Assembly (NCBI GenBank): GCA_023150455.1
Contig: JAKLKW010000026.1
Coordinates: 41,982-105,981 of the forward strand
Source of the DNA: Alphaproteobacteria bacterium
Lineage (GTDB): Bacteria; Pseudomonadota; Alphaproteobacteria; JAEULC01
Length of the DNA stretch: 64,000 nt
Direction of reading: 5' to 3'
A program made the translations under genes and the position numbers. The notes beneath the pieces are model-generated. The model worked only from the letters and a program-made list of their open reading frames with translations, ran no database searches and was not told the origin of the DNA. Shown piece by piece: positions 20,278 to 30,662 of the stretch; within the stretch, counting starts at the first letter, position 1, and each line of letters starts with the position of its first letter.

Positions 20278-20868
20278 TCAGCGCTCGGGCGGGCTGTCGG
20301 CGCCGGGGCCGAGCGGGCGCTGCATCATCAGCACGTCGACCCAGCGGCCGAACTTCCAGCCGACGGCGCGCAGCAGCGCGCATTCCTTGAAGCCCAGTGC
20401 CGCATGCAGACTGGCCGAGGCGGCGTTGTCGTAGCCGCCGCCGATCACGGCGATCATCTGGCGCCGTCCGGCGGCGGTGCAGCGCTCGACCAGCGTGGCG
20501 AGCAGGGCGCGGCCGACGCCGCGACCTTCCATACCCGGGGCGACATAGACCGAGTTCTCGACCGTGTTGCGGTAGGCGGGACGCGGCCGGAAGGCGCCGG
20601 CGTAGGCGTAGCCGACGACCTTGCCGTCGAGCACCGCCACGAGATAGGGCAGGCCGAGATCGACCACGGCGCGATAGCGCTTCTCCAGCTCATCGAGCGG
20701 CGGGGACGTCTCCTCGAACGAGCCGAGCCCGGTCAGCACGTGATGGCCGTAGATCGCCTGCACCGCCGCGAGATCAGCCGGCGCGGCGTCGCGCACCAGC
20801 GGCGCGGGGTGCGGCGCGGTCGATATCGCTTCGTCGGGGCGGGTGGTGTCGCGCATCGGCGATGTCAC
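20278..20868 (-). CDS. GNAT N-acetyltransferase (phosphinothricin/methionine sulfoximine acetyltransferase-like)
   Basis: SFEE..P, GYAYAG.FRPRPAY..TVENSVYV, GRGVG..LL, VG.KFGRWVD. Confidence 0.9.
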   Translation of the reverse strand: MTSPMRDTTRPDEAISTAPHPAPLVRDAAPADLAAVQAIYGHHVLTGLGSFEETSPPLDELEKRYRAVVDLGLPYLVAVLDGKVVGYAYAGAFRPRPAYRNTVENSVYVAPGMEGRGVGRALLATLVERCTAAGRRQMIAVIGGGYDNAASASLHAALGFKECALLRAVGWKFGRWVDVLMMQRPLGPGADSPPER

Positions 20869-21755
20869 GCGGCTGCCAGCAGGCGGCGGTCGATCGTGCC
20901 GAGCGCTGCCATCACCTTGGCCATGTCGCGGGTCAGGCCGAGGATCGCGTCCTTGCGGGTGATCGTCTCCTCGTCCATGTAGAGCGCGCGATTGATCTCG
21001 ATCTGCAGCGCGTGCACTCCGCGCCGCGGGCGCCCGTAATTCTGGGTCGTGAAGCCGCCGGAATACGGGTTGTTGCGTGTCACGGCGTAGCCGAGCTGGC
21101 GCAAGGTGCGCTCCGCCGTGTCGGTGACGATCGGCGCGCAGGACGCTCCGTGCACGTCGCCCAGGATCACGTCGACGCGGGCCCTGCCGGCATCGGTGTC
21201 CATCGGGCCGCCGACCGAAGGCATGGAGTGGCCGTCGATCAACAGGCAGCAGCCGAAGGCCTGGCGCGTGTCGGCGATCAGCCGCCGCAGCGCGCCGTGG
21301 TAGGGCTGGTACAGCGCCTGGATGCGCTCCAGCGCCTCGGCCAGGCGCAGCTTGTCGCGATAGATGTCGCGGCCGGTCGCGACCACGCGTGCGATGGTGC
21401 CGAGGCCTGCGGCCACGCGCGGCGAGCGCGTGTTGGCGTAGCCCGGTAGGGTGTCCTCGAACATCGCCGGGTCCAGCTCGTAGGGCTCGCGGTTGGGATC
21501 GATATAGGCGCGGGGAAACAGCGCGCGCAGCAACGGGGCGCCGAGGCTGGGCGCGGCGCCGAATATCTCGTCGATGAAGCTGTCCTCCGAGCGCCTGAGC
21601 GCGACCGGGTCAAGGCGCGAGGCGGCGACGAACTCGGCCGGGTAATGCGCCCCGCTATGCGGCGAGGCGACAACCAGCGGCACAGCTTGGCGCGGCGGCG
21701 CCAACACCTCGAACGGCGGCGGCTTGACGCCGACCAATGCGGCCGCTGTGTCCAT
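20865..21755 (-). CDS. N-formylglutamate amidohydrolase family protein
   Basis: SPHSG..YP, RSED.F.D, RAYIDPNR, Y.PYH, DGHSMPS, PYSGG, HALQIEINR.LY. Confidence 0.92.
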   Translation of the reverse strand: MDTAAALVGVKPPPFEVLAPPRQAVPLVVASPHSGAHYPAEFVAASRLDPVALRRSEDSFIDEIFGAAPSLGAPLLRALFPRAYIDPNREPYELDPAMFEDTLPGYANTRSPRVAAGLGTIARVVATGRDIYRDKLRLAEALERIQALYQPYHGALRRLIADTRQAFGCCLLIDGHSMPSVGGPMDTDAGRARVDVILGDVHGASCAPIVTDTAERTLRQLGYAVTRNNPYSGGFTTQNYGRPRRGVHALQIEINRALYMDEETITRKDAILGLTRDMAKVMAALGTIDRRLLAAA

Positions 21756-21939
21756 GCGTCTGATTTAGGGCAATCGCGTTTGGCTGTCACGCCTGCCGGT
21801 CATGATCGGCAAGCGCCAGGCGACGGCCGCATCGAGCGCCCGGAGATCATGCAGTCGTGGCCGCCTCGGCTTGCGCGCGGCCAGCGTTTGATGCTATGTC
21901 GCGCGCCGTCCCGATCCCGGCATGGGCCCCGGTCCATGT

Positions 21940-22014
<75 letters not shown>

Positions 22015-22251
22015 TTCCTTCCAGCGCCGGCCCGGGCTTCGCCGCCACGCCAGGCAGGTTCTCCGGGCCGTGTCGCGAAGAGTCCGCGCTGGCCCGTCGT
22101 CAAGTAAGTATCATTTGCGCTAAGCGCTTGTAAAGTAACGCTTTCTCAACTGCTACTCGTGTAGCGGTTATCGCGGGCGAGCGCAGGGTGCCTGGAACAG
22201 CCGCCCGGGAAACTCCCCATCGGCCAGGAACGCATAGGTAACAACAAGGAC

Positions 22252-23223
22252 ATGGGCCAGAGCCTGGCGATATCGTCGGACGAGCGCCGCCGCCCGGGCA
22301 GCCTCGGCCGGGCCGCTGCCAAGTTCCGCGACTGGTGGGATGGGCGCGACGCCTACGACCCGGACCAACGTCGGCCGTCGCCGGCGAAGCCGCGGCCGCG
22401 CGAGTCCAAGGCGGCCGACCTGCCCCAGCCGCTCGACGCCGGGCCGCAGCCGCGCATGACGGCCGAGAAGCTCGCGATCGCCACCAAGCTGTGGGGCGAG
22501 GGCTTCCACGAGCCGCTCGGCAAGAACTACATGCCGGACCTGGTGAAGCCCTTCGCGCTGGACGAGAAGATGACCGTGCTCGATCTCGGCGCGGGCCTGG
22601 GCGGCGGTACGCGGGCGGTGGCCGAGCGCTACAGGATTTGGATCACGGGCATGGAGCCTGATCCGGACTTCGCCAGCGCCGCGATGCACCTTTCGGTCAA
22701 GGCCGGCATGAAGACGCGCGCCCCGATCGCCGTCTACGACATCGAGAAACTGTCGTTGCCGCCGCGCAAGTACAACGCCGTCTTCGCCAAGGAAACCTTC
22801 TACCGCGCCCAGAACAAGCGCGGCCTGCTGGCCGCGATCGTGAAGGGCATGGCCAATGGCGGGCAGGTGCTGTTCACCGATTTCGTGCTGCGCAAGCCCG
22901 GGCGCGTGACCGACGACGTCGCCGCCTGGCTCCAGGCCGACACGTTCGTCGGGCATCCCTGGAGCGGCGAGGAAACGACCGCGACGCTGAACGACCTCAA
23001 GCTCGACACGCGCATCGACGAGGACATGACCCCGCGCTATCGCCGCGCGGTGCTCGCGGGCTGGCAGGCCTGCCTGGAAGGGCTGGGCGAGAAGCGGCCG
23101 CCGCGGCCGGTGCTGCTGCAGCTCCTGAGCGACGCCGAGCTTTGGGTGCATCGATTGCGGGCGCTGGAAAGCGGCGACCTGCAGGTGCGCCGCTATCACG
23201 CCATCCTGAAGCGCGCGCGGTAG
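22252..23223 (+). CDS. Class I SAM-dependent methyltransferase
   Basis: VLDLGAGLGG motif I; GG.VLFTDFV; AAGGA RBS. Confidence 0.85.
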   Translation: MGQSLAISSDERRRPGSLGRAAAKFRDWWDGRDAYDPDQRRPSPAKPRPRESKAADLPQPLDAGPQPRMTAEKLAIATKLWGEGFHEPLGKNYMPDLVKPFALDEKMTVLDLGAGLGGGTRAVAERYRIWITGMEPDPDFASAAMHLSVKAGMKTRAPIAVYDIEKLSLPPRKYNAVFAKETFYRAQNKRGLLAAIVKGMANGGQVLFTDFVLRKPGRVTDDVAAWLQADTFVGHPWSGEETTATLNDLKLDTRIDEDMTPRYRRAVLAGWQACLEGLGEKRPPRPVLLQLLSDAELWVHRLRALESGDLQVRRYHAILKRAR

Positions 23224-23266
23224 CGTTGTCGGTCCAATCGGGTCCGGCCCAGGCGCGGCCGACCGT

Positions 23267-23722
23267 TCACTCCTTGTCGCATACGCCCTTGTTGGGGCCT
23301 TTCGGGAAGCAGTTCTGGCCGGGCTTCCAGTTGTTCGAATCGTCCTGCACGTTCTTGCAGAAGACGAGATAGGTCCCGGCCTTGCGGTTGATGATCGTGG
23401 TGAACTCGGTCACCTGCTTGCCGCTGGTGCAGCCCTTGCCGAGATGGCAGACCGGCTGCTCCTCGATCTGCTTCATCGTGATCTGCGACTCGTTGATCAC
23501 GACGGTCGCCGGCACGCGCTTGCCATCGTCGAAATAGAAGTTGCGCGTGTCGGTGTCGAACACCCACAGCGCCGGCCGCGTCGCCAGCTCGTGCTTGCAC
23601 TTGAGCTGGATCTCGCGCGCCGCGGCGGGCGCCGCCGCGCCCAGCGCCGCGACAGCGGCGAGAAGCGCCCCGGCTGTGCCCAGCACGCGCAAGCCGTGCG
23701 TCGGACCTTGGCCCTTCCTCAT
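23267..23722 (-). CDS. Secreted Cys-containing hypothetical protein
   Basis: Signal peptide ending PAAA-RE; six Cys in the mature part; host-like codons. Confidence 0.65.
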   Translation of the reverse strand: MRKGQGPTHGLRVLGTAGALLAAVAALGAAAPAAAREIQLKCKHELATRPALWVFDTDTRNFYFDDGKRVPATVVINESQITMKQIEEQPVCHLGKGCTSGKQVTEFTTIINRKAGTYLVFCKNVQDDSNNWKPGQNCFPKGPNKGVCDKE

Positions 23723-24006
23723 GACGTACCTCTGCCGATGTCGTGACGATTTCCCCCAGGGGACGGCCCGCTTATCACGGCCGCAGGGACAAGCTCAACA
23801 AATCATCGCGTGAGTTGCGTGTATTTTTCGTCGCGCTTTCGCCATGCGACGAATTCCTAAAATCTTTCAGATGTTTATACGGGGGCAGCAGCGTCCAATC
23901 GGACCGGACGGTCCCCCGCCACGCACTTGCAATGGCAAGGCTTTTCTATATGATCCGCCGCTCGCCGCGCCCGGCCGCTCGTCCGAGCGGCACCGGGCGC
24001 TGGCGT

Positions 24007-24081
<75 letters not shown>

Positions 24082-24143
24082 GTTCATCGGCCCCACCCTA
24101 ACCCAACGCAAGCCTGGTTCCGGGCTACCGCGCCGCCATTCGG

Positions 24144-24694
24144 GTGCCGGTCGCAAGGCGGTGTGCGTGCGTGGTCGCACTCGCCGCCCTGGTCGGGTTC
24201 GCGGTCGTCGTCGCCCATCCCGCGCAGGCGGCGGCGGGCCGCTGCCAGGACATCCCGGGCGTCTGGTCCTGGTTCGACGGGCACACGGTTACGCTGTCGC
24301 GCGACGGCGCGCTGGCGGCGACCAACCTGGGCAACTACTTGATGGAAGGAGACACCCCGCGCTGACCGAGCTCGCCCTCGGCGAAGCGTGCGAACGCGTC
24401 GCCAAGATCGCGGCATCGAGATATTGGGCGCCATTCACCATCCCCGACCTGAAGCTGATGGGCGAAATGATCGACGTGGCGCGCAAGCGGGGCACGGCGA
24501 AGTTGGCCCAGGGTACGCGAATCACCGACCGCTGGACCAAGGCCGATTTCATGCTCGACGCGCTGTCCTATGGACAGAGGTCCTGGCCGCGCAGCCTGCG
24601 CTACCTGGAAACCGCCATGAAGGCGGCGCCCAAGGATCCGCGGCTGCGCGAGGCCTATGACGAGCTGTCCGCGATCGCGGCGAGCGCCATGTGA
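24144..24694 (+). pseudogene. Probable remnant of an exported protein (two overlapping frames)
   Basis: Frame 1 has a signal peptide (..HPAQA) and stops at 24365; another frame continues with protein-like helical sequence to 24694. Confidence 0.5.
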
Positions 24695-24755
24695 CGAGTT
24701 GCGCCGCGAACCGAATTCTTCAGTCCGCCAAGTAGGGCACGCTGAGCCACCTTCC

Positions 24756-24800
24756 CATTGCCAACGGCAACACGCCGGGTTCAAATCCGGGCCCCGCTCC
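24756..24800 (+). repeat. Degenerate copy of the tRNA-Gly 3' half (attR-like relic)
   Basis: ttgccaacg...cgggttcaaatcc..cccgctcc aligns colinearly with tRNA-Gly 24037-24080. Confidence 0.65.
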
Positions 24801-26096
24801 GTGCCTCGGTCTCAGCCATTGAGCAGCGCCACCGACGCCTCCCGCCCGCTCGCCGTCGCGCTGACGGCCTTCACCGCGTTCACGCTCGCGTTGTTCATCG
24901 CGCAGTACTACCGCACGGCGATGGCATTGTTGGCGCCGCTGTTGCACGAGGAGATGGCGCTGACAGCCGACCGGCTGGGGCTCTTGGCGGCGACCTATTT
25001 CATGGCCTTCGGCCTCGTGCAGCTTCCCGTCGGGCTGCTGCTCGACCGCTTCGGCCCGCGCCGCACCGTCGCGGCGCTGATGGGCGTGGCGATGGCGGGC
25101 TGCATCCTCTTTGCCGGCGCATCGTCCTACCTGGGGCTGATGGCGGCGCAAGTGCTGATCGGCGTCGGCACCGCGGGCGGTTTCATGGGCGGGGTGATGA
25201 TCTGTGCGCGCTGGTTTTCGCCCAGGCGCGCCGCCGCCATGACCGGGCTGATGCTGGGCGCGGGCAATCTCGGCGGCATCGTCGCGGCGACGCCGCTGGC
25301 GATCGGGCTGGAGGCCTGGGGCTGGCGCGCGACGACGCTGGCGCTGGCGGCCGTCGTCGCGGCGGACGTCGGGCTGATCTTCCTTGCGGTGCGCGACGCG
25401 CCGCCCGGCCACGCCGCGCGGCATCGCGCGCCCGAGACGGCGCTGCAGATCCTCGCGGGGCTCGGCCAGATCCTGCGCAGCGGGCAGGTCTGGCGTCTGA
25501 TGGCGCTGGCCTTCGTCGGCTATGCCAGCGTCATGGCGGTGCGCGGCTTGTGGGGCGGACCGTACCTGCTCGAGGTGCATCGCCTCGGCCCGGTCGCGAC
25601 CGGCCACGTGCTGCTGGCCATGTCGCTCGGCATCATCGCCGGCGCGATCGGCTACGGGCTCCTGGAGCAGCCGTTCGACAGCCGCAAGCGCGTGGCCCTG
25701 GCGGGCGGCAGCGCCAATGCGGCGCTGTTTGCGGTCCTGGCGCTGTGGCCATCGCCGCCGCTGTGGCTGGTGGTCGCCGCCTTCGTCGGCATCGGCGCCT
25801 GCGGACAAACCTATGTGATACTGCTGTCGCACGGGCGGGCGGGCTTCGCCGACCGGCTGGTCGGACGCGTCATCACCACGCTCAACATGGCGGCGTTTCT
25901 CGGCACATTCAGCATCCAGGCGATGAGCGGCGTGATCGTGCGCGCCTTCCAGCTCGACGACGGCTCGGTGCCGGAGATCGGCTATCGCGCCATGTTCGCC
26001 TTCGTCGGCGTGGTCGTGCTGGTCGCCGTCCTTATCTATGCCGGCGCTCCGGACGCGCGGCCGAGCGAGGACGCGACGCGGGCGAGGATCGGCTAG
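24801..26096 (+). CDS. MFS transporter
   Basis: About 12 TM helices, G.LLDRFGPRR motif A; start uncertain (GTG 24801 or TTG 24819). Confidence 0.9.
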   Translation: MPRSQPLSSATDASRPLAVALTAFTAFTLALFIAQYYRTAMALLAPLLHEEMALTADRLGLLAATYFMAFGLVQLPVGLLLDRFGPRRTVAALMGVAMAGCILFAGASSYLGLMAAQVLIGVGTAGGFMGGVMICARWFSPRRAAAMTGLMLGAGNLGGIVAATPLAIGLEAWGWRATTLALAAVVAADVGLIFLAVRDAPPGHAARHRAPETALQILAGLGQILRSGQVWRLMALAFVGYASVMAVRGLWGGPYLLEVHRLGPVATGHVLLAMSLGIIAGAIGYGLLEQPFDSRKRVALAGGSANAALFAVLALWPSPPLWLVVAAFVGIGACGQTYVILLSHGRAGFADRLVGRVITTLNMAAFLGTFSIQAMSGVIVRAFQLDDGSVPEIGYRAMFAFVGVVVLVAVLIYAGAPDARPSEDATRARIG

Positions 26097-26828
26097 GTGA
26101 TCGTCCTGTTCACCGATTTCGGCCTTGAAGGTCCCTATGTCGGCCAGATGAAGGCCGTGCTGCAGGCGCGCGCGCCGGCGGTGCCCGTCATCGACCTGTT
26201 CGCCGACGCGCCGGCGTTCGAGCCGCAACTCGCGGCCTATCTGCTGGCCGCCTATGCCGGCGAATTCGCGGAGGGCACGGTGTTCCTGTGCGTGGTCGAC
26301 CCGGGCGTCGGCTCGGCGCGACCGCCGGTGATCGCCGAGGCCGACGGGCGGAAGTTCGTCGGACCCGGCAATGGCGTGTTCGAGATCGTGCTGCGCCGGG
26401 CGATGAGGCGCCGCTGGCGGTGCATCGACTGGAGGCCCGAGCGCCTGTCCGCGAGCTTCCACGGCCGGGATCTGTTCGCGCCGGCCGCGGCGATGCTGGC
26501 CATGGGGCAGGACGTGCCGGCGACGGCGCTTCCGTTCGACGGCGCGCGACCGGGCGCCGATTGGCCGGACGATCTGGCGCGCATCATCTATATCGACGGC
26601 TACGGCAACGCGATGACCGGTTGGCGCGCCTCGGCGACGACGGAAAGCACGCGCGTGCGCGTCGGCGACTGCGCGATCGAGCGCGCGCGCACCTTCTCGG
26701 ACGTGAAGCCGGGCCAGGCCTTCTGGTACGAGAACGCCAACGGCCTGGTCGAGATCGCGGTCAATCGCGGCCGGGCAAGCGATCTTCTGGGCCTGGGCGT
26801 CGGCGCGGCGGTCGCGATCACGACCTGA
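26097..26828 (+). CDS. SAM hydrolase / SAM-dependent halogenase family (DUF62)
   Basis: TDFG..GPYV..MK, VVDPGVG, SFHGRDLFAP, IDGYGN. Confidence 0.92.
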   Translation: MIVLFTDFGLEGPYVGQMKAVLQARAPAVPVIDLFADAPAFEPQLAAYLLAAYAGEFAEGTVFLCVVDPGVGSARPPVIAEADGRKFVGPGNGVFEIVLRRAMRRRWRCIDWRPERLSASFHGRDLFAPAAAMLAMGQDVPATALPFDGARPGADWPDDLARIIYIDGYGNAMTGWRASATTESTRVRVGDCAIERARTFSDVKPGQAFWYENANGLVEIAVNRGRASDLLGLGVGAAVAITT

Positions 26829-29256
26829 CGCGTTCGCCCTTGGGATCGTAGAGCGGCTGCAGGTGGACTTCGCAGGATACGCGTTCGCGCGCGACCTCGA
26901 GCTCCCAGGTACCGGTTCGCAGATAGGCGGCGTCGACGCCCGCGTCGTTGCGCGCATAGCCGTAGCCGATGGCGCGTCCGACCGTATGGCCGAAACCGCC
27001 GGAAGCGAGCCAGCCGGCGCGCACGCCGTCGCGGTAGATCGTCTCGCGCCCGTGCAGGAACACGTCGGGCGACGCGGTCACGCCGACGAGACGGCGCCTG
27101 AGGCCGTCCTTCTTCTGCTGCAGCAGCGCCTCGCGCCCCTGGAACGCGATGTCCGTGCCGAGCTTCACGGCGAAGCCGAGGCCGGCTTCGAGCGGCGTGA
27201 AGTCCGGGCCGATCTCGCCGCCCCAGGCGCGATAGCCCTTCTCCAGCCGCAGCGACTCGATGGCGCGATAGCCGGCGTCGCGCAAGGCCAGCGGCGCGCC
27301 GGCCGCCTTGAGCGCGTCGTAGACCGCGGCGGCGGCCGGCATCGGCACGTGCAGCTCGTAGCCCAGCTCGCCGACATAGGTGACGCGCAGCGCCGCAACG
27401 CGCTGGCCCGCGATGGCGATGGCGCGGCCCGTCATGTAGGGCAGGGCGGCATTCGACACGTCGTCGTTCGTGACCGCCGCGAGCACCTCGCGCGCGCGCG
27501 GACCCATCAGCGCCAGCACCGCGTTCTCGTGGGTGACATCGCGGACCGCGGCATGCATGCCTGAGGGAATGTTGCGCGCGATCCAGTCGAAGTCGCGCGT
27601 CGCGAAGGCGGTGCCGGTGACGACGTAATAGGCGTCCGGCGCCCGGCGCCACAGCGTCAGATCGGCCTCGATGCCGCCGTGGCGGTTGAGGAGCTGCGTG
27701 TAGATCACCTGGCCCACCGGCCGCGCCACGTCGTTGGCGGCGATCCATTGCAGCGCGCGCTCGGCGTCGCGGCCCACGACCTCGGCCTTGGCGAAGGAAG
27801 TCTGGTCGAACAGGACGGCGGCCTCGCGGCAGGCGCGGTGCTCCGCCGCCACGGCATCGAACCAGTTGGCGCGGCCGAAAGACGGTTGATCGACGGGATC
27901 GACGCCAGGCGGGGCGAACCAGTTCGGCCGCTCCCAGCCGAACTTCGAGCCGAAGCAGGCGCCGGCAAGCGCGAGGCGGTCGTAGAGCGGCGAGCGGTGC
28001 GGGCCGCGCGCGGCCTTGTACTCCTCGTTGGGCCAGGCGATCGTGTAGTGCTTGGCATAGGCCTCGAGCGTGCGCTCGCGCACCCATCGGTCGTCGCGAT
28101 GCACCGCGCCGAAGCGCCTGATGTCGACCGGCCAGAGATCCATCGGCGCCTCGCCGCCGGCGACCCATTCCGCGATCGCCTTGCCCGCCCCGCCACCGCC
28201 GGCGATGCCGAAGGCGTTGAAGCCGCAGGCCACGAAGAAGCCGCGCAAGCCCGGCGCCTCGCCAAGGATGAAGTTGCCGTCCGGCGTGAAGGATTCCGGT
28301 CCGTTGACCAGCTGCTTCACGCCTGCCTTCTCCAACGCCGGCACGCGGCGAATCGCCGGCGCCATCATCGGCTCGAAATGGTCCCAGTCGGATTCGAGCA
28401 GCGAGAAGTGGAAGCCTTCGGGAATCCCGTCGAGCGCCCAGGGGATCGGGTTCGGCTCGTAGCCGCCCATGGCGAGCCCGCCGACCTCCTCCTTGAAGTA
28501 GATGAGATTGTCGGGATCGCGCATGGTCGGCAGGTGCCGCGGCAGGCCGGGGATCGACTCGGTGATCAGGTACTGATGCTGCACGGATTGCAGCGGCACC
28601 GAGACGCCGGCCATGCGGCCGACCTCCTTCGCCCATTGCCCGGCGCAGTTCACCACGACGTCGCAGGCGATCTCGCCCCCGGCCGTGGCGACGCCGGCGA
28701 CGCGGCCGTCCTTCACGCGGATCGCCGTGACCGGGCAGTCCTCGACGATGCGCACGCGATTGAGGCGCGCGCCCTTGGCCAGCGCCATGGCGATGTCGGA
28801 GGGATTGGCCTGGCCGTCGGAGGGCAGGAACACCGCGCCAACCACGTCGTCGACCGCCATGGCCGGCCAGAGCGCGAGCGCCTCCTTCGCAGAGAGAACC
28901 TGCACGTCGAGGCCGAAGCTGGTCGCCATGGTCGCCTGGCGCCGGAGCTCGAGGAAGCGGTCGGCCGAACAGGCGAGCCTGAGGCCGCCGGTACGCTTGA
29001 AGCCGGAGCTCAGCCCCGTTTCCGCTTCCAGACGCTCGTACAGCTCGACGCTATGCGTGAGGAGCCGTGTGATGTTGGCGGAGCTGCGCAGCTGCCCGAC
29101 CAGCCCGGCCGCGTGGAAGGTCGTACCCGACGTCAGCTTCTTGCGCTCGAGCAGGACCACGTCCTTCCAGCCGAGCTTGCCCAGATGGTAGGCGGTCGAG
29201 CAGCCGACGATACCGCCGCCGATGACGACGGCGCGGGCGTGGCTCGGCAGGGTCAT
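26818..29256 (-). CDS. GcvT-family FAD oxidoreductase (dimethylglycine/sarcosine dehydrogenase-like)
   Basis: GGGIVG, SGTTFHAAG, NGPESFTPDG, GWERPNWF, YVGELGYE, LRLEKGY. Confidence 0.92.
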   Translation of the reverse strand: MTLPSHARAVVIGGGIVGCSTAYHLGKLGWKDVVLLERKKLTSGTTFHAAGLVGQLRSSANITRLLTHSVELYERLEAETGLSSGFKRTGGLRLACSADRFLELRRQATMATSFGLDVQVLSAKEALALWPAMAVDDVVGAVFLPSDGQANPSDIAMALAKGARLNRVRIVEDCPVTAIRVKDGRVAGVATAGGEIACDVVVNCAGQWAKEVGRMAGVSVPLQSVQHQYLITESIPGLPRHLPTMRDPDNLIYFKEEVGGLAMGGYEPNPIPWALDGIPEGFHFSLLESDWDHFEPMMAPAIRRVPALEKAGVKQLVNGPESFTPDGNFILGEAPGLRGFFVACGFNAFGIAGGGGAGKAIAEWVAGGEAPMDLWPVDIRRFGAVHRDDRWVRERTLEAYAKHYTIAWPNEEYKAARGPHRSPLYDRLALAGACFGSKFGWERPNWFAPPGVDPVDQPSFGRANWFDAVAAEHRACREAAVLFDQTSFAKAEVVGRDAERALQWIAANDVARPVGQVIYTQLLNRHGGIEADLTLWRRAPDAYYVVTGTAFATRDFDWIARNIPSGMHAAVRDVTHENAVLALMGPRAREVLAAVTNDDVSNAALPYMTGRAIAIAGQRVAALRVTYVGELGYELHVPMPAAAAVYDALKAAGAPLALRDAGYRAIESLRLEKGYRAWGGEIGPDFTPLEAGLGFAVKLGTDIAFQGREALLQQKKDGLRRRLVGVTASPDVFLHGRETIYRDGVRAGWLASGGFGHTVGRAIGYGYARNDAGVDAAYLRTGTWELEVARERVSCEVHLQPLYDPKGERVRS

Positions 29257-30149
29257 GCGGCAGCTCCGGCGAACTCGGACCAAGCCGCCTCGAAGCGGCC
29301 GAGATTCTCGCTGGTGTAGGCGACATAGTCGATCGGCAGGGCGGAATGGATCTCCTGCACCATGCCCCACATCGCTTCGCGCAGCAGCGAGGCACAGGTC
29401 ATGGCGTCGAACGCGCGCCGGCGCGCCGGCACGGGCGCCCGGCCGTCATAGGCGGCGAGCAACCAATCGACCTGGGCCGGAGACAGGCCGTTGTTCGAGG
29501 CGAGGTTTCCCAGGTCGAACAGCGGCGAGTTGAAGCCGCCGTATTCCCAGTCGATCAGCCAGAGCCGGCCGCCGTCGTCGATCAGGTTGGCGGCAAGCAG
29601 GTCGTTGTGGCCGAATTTCAGCTCGATCGGGCCGACCGCGCGCTCGAGCCGCTCGCCGATCGCCATCAGGCGCGGCAATTGCCCGGCCATGCGGCTGCCG
29701 CCGGCGCGAAGCGTGCGGGCATAGTCGCGCAGCGCGTGGAACACCCAGAACAGCGGCGGCGCGCCGGCGATCTGGCGCGGCATCTCGTCGTGACAGCGCC
29801 GCACGAGTGCCAGCACGCGCGGCAGCATCGCATCGGCGCGCACGTCCTCGGCTGCGAGCGTGCGCCCGTCGATGAAAGCGAACACCAGCACGCCGGGCTC
29901 GGCATGGACGAGCTCGGGCGACAGGCCGCATGCCGCCGCGGCGCGCGAGCAGGCGATCTCGTTGCGGCGCAGGAGCCCGTGCACCGGCACGTCCTCGCCC
30001 AGGCGCACCACGCAGCGCCGGTCGCCGTCGCGGACGAGAAAGTTGCGGTTGCTCAAGCCCCCGGACAGCGGCTCCGGCGCCACGCGGCCTCGCCAACATG
30101 TGAGGCGCGCGACGCGCGCTTCGGCATCTTCGCTCTTGGCTTCCCCCAT
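29253..30149 (-). CDS. Choline/ethanolamine kinase-like phosphotransferase (APH fold)
   Basis: GGLSNRNF, HNDLLAAN, LIDWEY, FDLGN; overlaps the gcvT-like start. Confidence 0.88.
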   Translation of the reverse strand: MGEAKSEDAEARVARLTCWRGRVAPEPLSGGLSNRNFLVRDGDRRCVVRLGEDVPVHGLLRRNEIACSRAAAACGLSPELVHAEPGVLVFAFIDGRTLAAEDVRADAMLPRVLALVRRCHDEMPRQIAGAPPLFWVFHALRDYARTLRAGGSRMAGQLPRLMAIGERLERAVGPIELKFGHNDLLAANLIDDGGRLWLIDWEYGGFNSPLFDLGNLASNNGLSPAQVDWLLAAYDGRAPVPARRRAFDAMTCASLLREAMWGMVQEIHSALPIDYVAYTSENLGRFEAAWSEFAGAAA

Positions 30150-30207
30150 CGCGCATGGATACACCGTCCGCGCCGCCGCTGTCATCGGCGGCACCGCAGG
30201 GGATTCC

Positions 30208-30660
30208 ATGGCCGGCATCCGCATCCAAGAGGTCGACGACCGCGCCCTCGGCACTGCGGTCGATCTGCTCGATCGCTTCTTCCGCGAGGAAGGCTTCGGC
30301 ACGCCGCGCGCGGAGGTCGCCGCCAACGCGGCGCGCCTGCTCCGCGACCCGCATCACTGGGTGGCGCTGGCCTGGGACGGCGGCCGCGCCGTCGGCGTGG
30401 TGACGGTTTCCTCGGTGCTCTACGTCGAATGGGGGCGGCTGGGCGAGATCGGCGACCTCTATGTCCTGCCCGAGATGCGCCGGCGCGGCATCGCGCGCGC
30501 GCTGATCGAGGCCGGCATCGCGCGCTGCCGCGCGCTCGGCTGCTCCGCCGTCGGCGTGACCATCACGCCGCAGGGCGAGCGGACGCACGGCCTCGGCCGG
30601 TTCTACGCCAAGCTGGGGTTCGTCGAGCTTGGACGCGCGAGCGCGGTGCTGCGCCTGTAG
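30208..30660 (+). CDS. GNAT N-acetyltransferase
   Basis: DLYV.PE.RRRGIARAL, FYAKLGF. Confidence 0.85.
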   Translation: MAGIRIQEVDDRALGTAVDLLDRFFREEGFGTPRAEVAANAARLLRDPHHWVALAWDGGRAVGVVTVSSVLYVEWGRLGEIGDLYVLPEMRRRGIARALIEAGIARCRALGCSAVGVTITPQGERTHGLGRFYAKLGFVELGRASAVLRL

Positions 30661-30662
30661 GC

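Noticed and set aside
26097-26828. Fluorinase/chlorinase natural-product gene
   Set aside because: The HGRD motif and short length fit DUF62 SAM hydrolases; no biosynthetic cluster nearby
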